Below the pieces are notes generated by a model, which was not told the origin of the DNA, searched no databases, and saw nothing but the letters and a program-made list of their open reading frames with translations. This document shows positions 1 to 7,010 of a stretch of DNA of 30,195 bases, in pieces (the stretch's first letter is position 1; the number at the start of each line of letters is the position of its first letter). The stretch covers positions 1-30,195 of the forward strand of contig JBMFRX010000015.1 of the NCBI GenBank assembly GCA_049967855.1, written 5' to 3'. The DNA is from Caldisericaceae bacterium. Its GTDB lineage: Bacteria; Caldisericota; Caldisericia; Caldisericales; Caldisericaceae. The position numbers and the translations under genes are program-made.

Positions 1-107
1 TAATGTTTTATTAGAGCAATATTGAGCCGCCTGCCTTGATAGAACTGCAGCACAGTCACTCCAGCAATAACAACAAGAATCATTAAGAAATTTCCACTTA
101 TTTTCAT
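1..107 (-). CDS. Membrane-anchored hypothetical protein, 5' part only (runs off the window); fourth gene of the cstA-ArsA operon
   Basis: Not in the ORF track. Minus strand reads AAGGAG-ATGCT-ATG(107), then MKISGNFLMILVVIAGVTVLQFYQGRRLNIALIKH open to the edge. Hydrophobic N-terminal helix followed by QFYQGRRLN. Confidence 0.8.
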   Translation of the reverse strand, partial: MKISGNFLMILVVIAGVTVLQFYQGRRLNIALIKH

Positions 108-140
108 AGCATCTCCTTGCTCCAATCTGGGATTTGTTTC

Positions 141-371
141 ATCATATTTACTACTCTATAATCTCCAGTCTTCTCAGCATATTTACTCCTCTGTAATTTT
201 GCACTCTCTTAGAGATTTAGTCTTCTTTAATTTCTCATTCTATTAGCAGATTTAATCCTCTGTAATCTATAAACTCCCGTTTTCTCAGCAGATTTAATCC
301 TCTGTAATCTATAAACTCCCGTTTTCTCAGCAGATTTAATCCTCTGTAATCTGCGATTCTCTCAGCAGATT
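141..371. repeat. Tandem repeat array: 24-bp core AGCAGATTTAATCCTCTGTAATCT plus 11- or 18-bp linkers, six units and a partial seventh
   Basis: Units start at 141, 176, 211, 245, 287, 329 and 364 (periods 35, 35, 34, 42, 42, 35). Units at 245 and 287 are identical; the three left units are degenerate. Confidence 0.92.
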
Positions 372-1323
372 ATACAAGATATTCAGAATATACAAAGAAA
401 AGCTTTTCTACTCCTCTTGGAGATCTCCTCATCAGAGGAACATTCTTAATAGTAGTTCCGCGAAATTCTGATTTCATTTTCGAGAGAACGTTCTTTTGCT
501 CTTCTATCTTGCCTAAAATCTCCTCGGGTGGATTCTCCATTTCAAAGAATTTGTTTAAGAATATCGTTCTCACTTTTATCTTGAATTGTTCAAGAGATTC
601 CATAATTCTTTTTGTTTCAAGTAGAGCAAGGTCTTCGGGCATCGTAACGATGTTTACGAAAGTATTGTCAGATGAGAACATATCTCTGAGCGCTTTTAAT
701 TCCTCCCTGTAAGCTAAAAGCTCTTGCATAATTGGATCTTCTTTTTCTTCCGAGGAAAGCACCACAAGCTCTCCATCAACTTCCGCCTCAAATTTGCCTT
801 GAACGTTTTCAACCATTCCCCTTGTTTTGAGAATTCTCCTGCGCATTTTTATCAGTTGGTCCGTCCACACAAGAGAAACCTTTGGCATAGCAAGCACTCT
901 GATGGTCATTCCAGTAGGCGGAGTGTCAAAGACAACCGCTTCATAATCTTTAAGAGCAATGAATTTCTTGATTGCTTCCATTGTTGCGTATTCTTCAATA
1001 CCTGGAGAATTCTTGAGTATATCAAAATATCTGTCGATATTCATCGTAGAAAGATATCTATAGGTATTTTTCATCTTTGATGATAACTCTTCAAGGTAAT
1101 CCCTTATCATCTGCTCAATATTTACCTCAACCCCTGCAAGGTTTTCACCTATTTGAGTTGGTTTATCGCCTATGTTAGTGTCAAATGCATCTGCAAGGTT
1201 GTGCGCAGGGTCAATTGATGCTACAAGAGTCTTAATACCGCTCCTGGCAAGTCCTACACTCCAGGAAGCAGAAGCAGTGGTCTTGCCAACACCACCTTTT
1301 CCTAGAAAAAAATAGATTTTCAT
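370..1323 (-). CDS. ArsA/Get3(TRC40)-family ATPase, single domain, 317 aa
   Basis: Deviant Walker A GKGGVGKTT, switch I SIDPAHNL, SPGIEE and switch II DTPPTG. Start moved to ATG 1323 because AAGGAG lies upstream. No cysteines. Confidence 0.92.
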   Translation of the reverse strand: MKIYFFLGKGGVGKTTASASWSVGLARSGIKTLVASIDPAHNLADAFDTNIGDKPTQIGENLAGVEVNIEQMIRDYLEELSSKMKNTYRYLSTMNIDRYFDILKNSPGIEEYATMEAIKKFIALKDYEAVVFDTPPTGMTIRVLAMPKVSLVWTDQLIKMRRRILKTRGMVENVQGKFEAEVDGELVVLSSEEKEDPIMQELLAYREELKALRDMFSSDNTFVNIVTMPEDLALLETKRIMESLEQFKIKVRTIFLNKFFEMENPPEEILGKIEEQKNVLSKMKSEFRGTTIKNVPLMRRSPRGVEKLFFVYSEYLV

Positions 1324-1391
1324 TTTATTTTTTCTCCTTGTTATTTTACTCAACTCTCAAACCGGATTAACTTGCTTTGAACCTTACGAGC

Positions 1392-1670
1392 TTAATCTAT
1401 ATCAAACGTACCTACGGTTTCTCCAAATACATCATCAAGACCTGCACTTTTCTTAACCATTATTGAAATCTCGCGTGACATATGTGGGAGTATTCTTAAT
1501 ACAATGCCTGTAGGCGGTGAAGGAATACCCGAGAAAACTCCCATTGTAAGAAGAGCAAAGACATTTTCTTCTTCTTCAAGCTGCTTGCGGATGAAGGAGG
1601 TGGCATCCTCCCTCATCCCTTTGTCAAAAGAACTTAAATTTCTCTTTATTGAATCGAGGAGTCGCTTCAT
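1392..1670 (-). CDS. Small CstA-associated protein, 92 aa, with a central hydrophobic segment
   Basis: Starts 11 bp after the cstA stop. Motif EEEENVFALLTMGVFSGIPSPP resembles the small proteins found between cstA and arsA-like genes in other prokaryotes (recalled, not searched). Confidence 0.8.
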   Translation of the reverse strand: MKRLLDSIKRNLSSFDKGMREDATSFIRKQLEEEENVFALLTMGVFSGIPSPPTGIVLRILPHMSREISIMVKKSAGLDDVFGETVGTFDID

Positions 1671-1681
1671 TCGAATTTAAT

Positions 1682-3460
1682 CTATGCCTTTTCTGGGGCT
1701 GCCTTGTGCCCTGCATTGAAGTTGATAAAGAAGTTAATAACAAGCCAGATATCAAGGACAAGCATTACAACGACAAAGCCACCAAGTACAACCTGGAGGG
1801 CTACTGCTGTTGCTGGCACAACCCTAAACAAGAACCAGATTAGGGCTATAAAAACCGTTACCCAGAGGAAGAAGGCGGGGGCAAGTACTGCAAAAATCAT
1901 AGCTCCACTTGCCTTCTGGACATTCTTTGCCCAGCTTGCTGCTGTCAACATTGCAATGGATGCAAGTAGCTGGTTAGCACCAGCAAAACCTGCCCAGAGT
2001 GCTGTATATGCATTCCCTCCTTGTGCAATAAGAAACCACCCAAGTGCTGCTGCAAGAATTGAGGCAATCCATCTATTTGCAAGAAATCCATGAAGACCTA
2101 CAGAAACTTTCTTAATTGGCTCTACAATTTCCTGGAAGGCATACCTAGCAAGACGGTTTGTCGTGTCAAGAGTAGTAAGAACAAAAGCAGACGCCCAAAG
2201 ACCTCCAAGCGTCATTCCAAGGTTCACAGGGACCCCTATCACATTGAGCATTTGACCAAAAGATTTTGTGAATATTCCAAGCGCTCCACCGATTCCAATG
2301 TCTTTGGAGTTAATAACAGCTGCTCCAACCTGACCAAAGTAGACACTATCTGTTTTCATCTTTGCAAGGTCGAAACCTGCGGCAGCAATCTTATCAGCAA
2401 AACCATTGAAAACACTAAACCCAAATGCAGCAATGGAGGTAATGACGATTGTGGAAAGCATTCCTTCCATAAACATAGCCCCATATCCAACAAAGAGCCC
2501 GCTCAACTCGCTGTCAAGTTGTTTGGAAGTGGTTCCTGAACCAACAATGGAGTGGAATCCAGAAAGAGCTCCACAAGCTATGACAAGAGGTACGGTTGGC
2601 CAGAAGGGAGAAGGCTGCCCAGAAATTACTTTTGCTGAGAAGCTTGTAAATGATGGCCAGTCAAAACCTCTGAATGCAAAAACACCGGCAATTGAGGCGA
2701 TGATTACTCCGCCCCACAAGATATAAGAGTTGAGGTAATCTCGTGGCTGTAGCAACCACCAAACAGGAAGTGCTGCAGCAAGGATAATATAAATAAACTG
2801 AAGTAAATAAAGTGTTTGAATGTTTGGAACATTGACGAACGGCCAAAGGAAACCGACCACAATTGAAAGAATTGTGAGTGTCACGCCAATTGCCGAAGAA
2901 AGCCAGAATGGAAGCTTTGTCTTGTAAAGAAGCTGCCCTTCAATTATTGCCGCTACCATAAACAGGGTTGAGGCTGTAAGAATTTCGGCACTCTTTGAAG
3001 CAAGTGCTCCAAATGTGCCCATGAACGCTGCAACGACAAGTATCATAGCAAAATAGACGTACACCTCAAAGATGTATTTCGAGGATTCCCCCATCAATTT
3101 GCCAGAGACGTACTGAATTGATTTGCCATCGTAACGGACTGAAGCCATAAGTGAAAGATAGTCATGAATACTACCGATAAACAAGTTTCCAAACCACACC
3201 CACAAAAGCGAAGGCAGCCATCCCCATACTACTGCAATTGCTGGCCCAACGATTGGTCCTGCGCCTGCAATTGATGCAAAGTGGTGACCAAAAAGCACGA
3301 ACTTGTTTGCTGGAATATAGTCAATGTTATCCCTGAGCCTTACTGCAGGCGTTGGCGTTGCACCGTCTGCTTTGACAACGTTCCTTTCAAGCGCCTTACC
3401 ATAAGTAAAATAACTTACAATGTAAAACGCTGCGGCAACTAAAATAATTAATGCACTCAT
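1682..3460 (-). CDS. cstA: Carbon starvation protein A (CstA/BtsT family) transporter, 592 aa
   Basis: Motifs TPA..L.DNIDY.P, LFGHHFASIAGAGPIVGP, IACGALSGFHS..GSGTTSKQL, GYGAMFMEG, TTLDT..RL.R and ANQLLA; many TM helices. AAAGGAGG RBS precedes ATG 3460. Confidence 0.96.
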   Translation of the reverse strand: MSALIILVAAAFYIVSYFTYGKALERNVVKADGATPTPAVRLRDNIDYIPANKFVLFGHHFASIAGAGPIVGPAIAVVWGWLPSLLWVWFGNLFIGSIHDYLSLMASVRYDGKSIQYVSGKLMGESSKYIFEVYVYFAMILVVAAFMGTFGALASKSAEILTASTLFMVAAIIEGQLLYKTKLPFWLSSAIGVTLTILSIVVGFLWPFVNVPNIQTLYLLQFIYIILAAALPVWWLLQPRDYLNSYILWGGVIIASIAGVFAFRGFDWPSFTSFSAKVISGQPSPFWPTVPLVIACGALSGFHSIVGSGTTSKQLDSELSGLFVGYGAMFMEGMLSTIVITSIAAFGFSVFNGFADKIAAAGFDLAKMKTDSVYFGQVGAAVINSKDIGIGGALGIFTKSFGQMLNVIGVPVNLGMTLGGLWASAFVLTTLDTTNRLARYAFQEIVEPIKKVSVGLHGFLANRWIASILAAALGWFLIAQGGNAYTALWAGFAGANQLLASIAMLTAASWAKNVQKASGAMIFAVLAPAFFLWVTVFIALIWFLFRVVPATAVALQVVLGGFVVVMLVLDIWLVINFFINFNAGHKAAPEKA

Positions 3461-3517
3461 TTTATAAACCTCCTTTAGAATTTTGTATGCGACTCCTCGC
3501 ACAATATCCCTTTAAAT

Positions 3518-3546
3518 ATTTTATACGTTGAAAATGAACAAGTCAA
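3518..3546 (-). promoter_or_regulatory. Sigma70-type promoter of the cstA operon
   Basis: Minus strand TTGACT (3546-3541), 17 bp, TAAAAT (3523-3518). Confidence 0.7.
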
Positions 3547-3556
3547 CAAAAAACAA

Positions 3557-3609
3557 CTTAAAGTTGGAATAAACGTGTTCAAAGTAGAATATAGAGCTTA
3601 AAAGTGGTG
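3557..3609 (-). promoter_or_regulatory. Candidate LytTR response-regulator binding site (three direct repeats)
   Basis: Minus-strand ACCACTTT, TCTACTTT and CCAACTTT with ACTTT cores at 3601-3605, 3581-3585 and 3560-3564 (20-21 bp period), just upstream of the -35. Confidence 0.6.
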
Positions 3610-3666
3610 GTTTTGAAAAAACGCTTCAACTTTGTTGAGTAAAGAAGTGCAAATTACAAACGACTG

Positions 3667-3799
3667 GTCATCCCGAAAAGCCTTTCTGAGGGATCTCCGT
3701 CGTTGTCACTGCGAGCGTAGCAAAGCAGTCTACCGTCAGTTATTCACTTTCAATGAAGAGCGCACACGGCGAGATTGCATAAAGTATTGCACAATGACA
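3667..3799. repeat. Degenerate REP/RPE-like palindromic intergenic element
   Basis: GTCATCCCGA...GAGGGATCT (3667-3696), then TGTCACTGCGAGCGTAGCAAAGCAGTCT (3704-3731) pairing imperfectly with GAGATTGC...CAATGACA (3771-3799). Locally GC-richer than its surroundings. Confidence 0.6.
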
Positions 3800-3834
3800 G
3801 AGAAGACAAAAATAACTCTCAAACGTTAGCGAAT

Positions 3835-4548
3835 TTAGAAATTGAAATGCTCTCTAAATTCCTTCTGATGGTGAGGAGACAGTGAAAGCTTATCGCCATT
3901 CTCCATACTCACAATGTATCGCCCTTTGAACAGAGGCGATAGTTTTACAACCTTGTTCAAATTTATGATGTATTCCTTATTAATTCTCAGGAAATTATCC
4001 TCTTTGAATTTTTCCTCAACATCCTGCAATTTCATACCCTTTACTTGAATAACTTCGCTCCCTTTCTTTGCATATAGCCTGCCCTTGTTAGTATAGAAAT
4101 ACTGGATATATTCTGGTTTCACAAGCAATAATTCGTCATTGCACTGACAAACAACAAATCTCAATTTTGGTTTTTCAGAAGTCTTCAGCTTGTCTCTGAT
4201 TTTTTTAATTGTCTTTGCAAACCTTCCTGCATCAATTGGTTTAAGTAAATAGTCAACAGCTTCCACTTCAAAGGCTTTTACTGCATAGTCGGCATAAGCG
4301 GTAATGAAAACTACCAGTGGCGGATTCTCAGAATTTCTTATAGCATCTGCAAGTTGCAAACCATTAAATCCAGGCATATTTATGTCAAAAAAGACCACTT
4401 CGGGAGTAGACTCAACAAGAAATGCAAGCGCATCAAAAGCATTATCAAACTCGCCAACAACCACAAACTCGTCAAACACCGAAAGCAGAACTTTTAACTC
4501 TTCTCTTGAAGGCCTTTCGTCGTCAACAATAACTGTTTTGAAAGCCAC
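3835..4548 (-). CDS. LytTR-family response regulator (BtsR/LytT-like)
   Basis: Receiver domain (IVDDE, FFDINMPG, FITAY, DYLLKP) and LytTR domain (FLRINKEYIINL). GTG start with GGAGG upstream. Confidence 0.95.
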   Translation of the reverse strand: MAFKTVIVDDERPSREELKVLLSVFDEFVVVGEFDNAFDALAFLVESTPEVVFFDINMPGFNGLQLADAIRNSENPPLVVFITAYADYAVKAFEVEAVDYLLKPIDAGRFAKTIKKIRDKLKTSEKPKLRFVVCQCNDELLLVKPEYIQYFYTNKGRLYAKKGSEVIQVKGMKLQDVEEKFKEDNFLRINKEYIINLNKVVKLSPLFKGRYIVSMENGDKLSLSPHHQKEFREHFNF

Positions 4549-6269
4549 TCACTCGCCCCCTCCGAAGGTATGATAATTACCACCCTCGTTCCTTTGTTGG
4601 GTACGCTTTTAATCTTGAATGAAGATTCTTTGCCATAAATATTAAAAATCCTTTCCTTTACATTACTTATTCCAATGGATTCAGGATTTTTGTTGTTAAT
4701 TATCGATTCAAGGCTTTCCTTTTCAATACCCTTTCCATTATCCTCAACAACAATATAGACTTTATTCAGTCTCTCGTATACATTTACGAGTACCCTTACT
4801 TTCTTCACCACAATTGAAAAGCCGTGCTTAATGGAGTTCTCAACAATAGGCTGAATTATGATTGAAGGAACTTTTGTATTCAGAACTTTTTCATCAATAT
4901 CAAATTCCCACTCCAATCTTTCTCTAAAACGCTCTTTCTCGATTTCAAGGTAAGCTTTAACAAGTTTGATTTCCTCAGACAAGGGAACAAAGCTTGACTC
5001 TCTTTCAATTGTCTGTCTTAATATGAAACTGAGTTTATAGATAAGTTGCCTTGCTTGCTCAGGGTCTTTGCGAAGGACGAAGTTAATTGTATTAAGCGTA
5101 TTGAAAAGGAAGTGAGGATTAATATGTGATTGCAACTCTTTCAACTGAGAGACGATGCGCAAACGCTTTTCCTGCTCTATTTTGTTTAGTTCTATCTGAG
5201 TTGCAAGTATTGAGGCAAGGCCTTTTGCCATTTCAAAGTCAAATGCATTCATATCATTTTCATGTTTTCTATAAAGTTTCAGAGCCCCAAATGTCTCACC
5301 CTGAGAAGTCTTTAGGGGTGCTACCACTCCAGAGGAAAGCGGGCAATTTTCATTGTCACATCCGATTTCGTTCTTGTTGCTTAAGAAGAGCACATCCCCT
5401 GTTTTGAGTGCTTCTAAAGTGGACACAGTCTTAACAGGGCTGTTGGGCAGGTGATGGTCTGAACCTAATCCCCTAAATGCAAGTATATGCTGTGTATCTG
5501 CAATTCCAACAGCATCAAGATTTGTGTACTTGAGTATGATTTTGCATGCAGCATCTGCGGACTCTGGATTGAATCCTTTACTTAAGATAGGAAGAGTCTT
5601 CTCGGTAATCTTGAGAACAGTCTCTGCACTAATAGCTGAAATGAGGGATTGCTGTCTTTGAGAAACCTGTATTACAATTAGAAACAAGAACACTCCAAAG
5701 GCATTTGTAAGTATCATTGGCCAACTGACGTTTCTTACCAACGTGTATGCCTGGTTATAAGGCTTGGTAACAAGAAGTACAAGTAGCATATGCCACGATT
5801 CTCCAATTACTCCGACAAAAAAACCAGCAATAGGAGAAAAGTTCTTCCCTTGTTTGAATTTATAAAGAAAACCCGCCAACAAACCATTTGAAATCGTCGC
5901 AAATGCGCAAGAGTAAGCAGAAAAACCTCCCATAGAAGCACGATGTACGCCCCCAATAAGACCTGCGATAGCACCAACTACTGGACCTCCAAAAAGGCCA
6001 CCTGCAATAGGGCCGATATCTCTAACATTTGCAATAGCATCATTAATGGGAACTCCAAGATAAGTCCCGGTGATTGAAATAACCCCAAAGAATATTCCAA
6101 GGAAAACCTGTTTTTTGGGAGAATCCTCAAGGTTAAATAGCATTCTTGTGATTGATATCTGAGACAGGAAAAAGGAAAATGTAATAATGACAGCAAGAGA
6201 CTGAAAAAGCTGAAAAAAAAGCCTGACGCTCCCACTAAAGTTTAACGGACTAAAAGAATCAGCACCCAT
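4494..6269 (-). CDS. LytS/YehU(BtsS)-family sensor histidine kinase
   Basis: N-terminal 5TM-LYT region (IANVRDIG...GG.FGGP..G..AGLIGGVHR), GAF-like middle, H-box LQSHINPHFLFNTLN, QPIVENSIKHG, DNGKGI and GISNV. Confidence 0.95.
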   Translation of the reverse strand: MGADSFSPLNFSGSVRLFFQLFQSLAVIITFSFFLSQISITRMLFNLEDSPKKQVFLGIFFGVISITGTYLGVPINDAIANVRDIGPIAGGLFGGPVVGAIAGLIGGVHRASMGGFSAYSCAFATISNGLLAGFLYKFKQGKNFSPIAGFFVGVIGESWHMLLVLLVTKPYNQAYTLVRNVSWPMILTNAFGVFLFLIVIQVSQRQQSLISAISAETVLKITEKTLPILSKGFNPESADAACKIILKYTNLDAVGIADTQHILAFRGLGSDHHLPNSPVKTVSTLEALKTGDVLFLSNKNEIGCDNENCPLSSGVVAPLKTSQGETFGALKLYRKHENDMNAFDFEMAKGLASILATQIELNKIEQEKRLRIVSQLKELQSHINPHFLFNTLNTINFVLRKDPEQARQLIYKLSFILRQTIERESSFVPLSEEIKLVKAYLEIEKERFRERLEWEFDIDEKVLNTKVPSIIIQPIVENSIKHGFSIVVKKVRVLVNVYERLNKVYIVVEDNGKGIEKESLESIINNKNPESIGISNVKERIFNIYGKESSFKIKSVPNKGTRVVIIIPSEGASEWLSKQLLLTTKGLQEKS

Positions 6270-6322
6270 ACATCACCTAATTTATATTATAGTATTTTTA
6301 CAAAATTATTATAATGTTGAGT

Positions 6323-6976
6323 ATGGAAACTATTGTTCTCAAAGAAATTACAATTTTAGAATTTACTTTTGGGGGGCTATCTACAAATTGCTATATAATC
6401 GACAACAGCGGCGAAATTGCATTGATTGATGCATCAAACTCGAATGACGATGAGAATGTTGCCATTTACAATGCCATTAAGGCAAGAGGTGTACTAAAAT
6501 ACATAATAAATACTCACGGACACTTCGATCACATTGCAGGGAACAACTTTCTTAAGGACAAATTTCCTGACGCAATGCTCCTTATCCACAGTAACGATAG
6601 GGAAAAACTTTCAAGCCCCGAATTGAACGGCTCACTGCATTTCGGTAAACATATTACTTCGGTTGATTGTGATATGGCAATCGGCCCTACTCTCAAGCAG
6701 ATACACATTGGAAGAACAAAACTGGAATTCATCTACACCCCAGGACACACAAAAGGAAGCATATCAGTAAGAGGGAAGGGAATAGTCTTTACAGGGGATA
6801 CACTTTTTCAAGGAACAGTAGGAATCGCAAAGGAATACAAAGGCGCATTCAACGAGCTCATTGACTCAATCAAAACAAAGTTGCTAACTTTACCGCAAGA
6901 CTTTATTATTCTTCCAGGACACGGAAATAGGTCGACCGTATCAGAAGAAGCACAATTCAACCCTTTCCTTGTTTAG
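6323..6976 (+). CDS. Metallo-beta-lactamase-fold hydrolase (glyoxalase II/YcbL-like)
   Basis: TNCY, THGHFDH, TPGHTKGS, FTGDTLF and PGHG. Start uncertain (6314 or 6323); 6323 lies 7 nt after TATAAT. Confidence 0.9.
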   Translation: METIVLKEITILEFTFGGLSTNCYIIDNSGEIALIDASNSNDDENVAIYNAIKARGVLKYIINTHGHFDHIAGNNFLKDKFPDAMLLIHSNDREKLSSPELNGSLHFGKHITSVDCDMAIGPTLKQIHIGRTKLEFIYTPGHTKGSISVRGKGIVFTGDTLFQGTVGIAKEYKGAFNELIDSIKTKLLTLPQDFIILPGHGNRSTVSEEAQFNPFLV

Positions 6977-7010
6977 ATTTGATTCTTAATTCAAGCCACA
7001 AGAAACAAGC

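Noticed and set aside
141..371. Repeat array as a CRISPR array
   Set aside because: Linkers are only 11-18 bp, two are identical and the rest resemble each other; no cas genes are in the window.
370..1353. Arsenic-resistance arsA
   Set aside because: Single domain, no Cys and no ars operon context. The track's TTG start at 1353 was also replaced by ATG 1323.
1392..1670. Selenoprotein, by analogy with some cstA-adjacent small proteins
   Set aside because: The stop is TAA, with no in-frame TGA and no Cys.
3632..3829. 65-aa plus-strand ORF
   Set aside because: It runs across the palindromic element, has no RBS and does not look protein-like.
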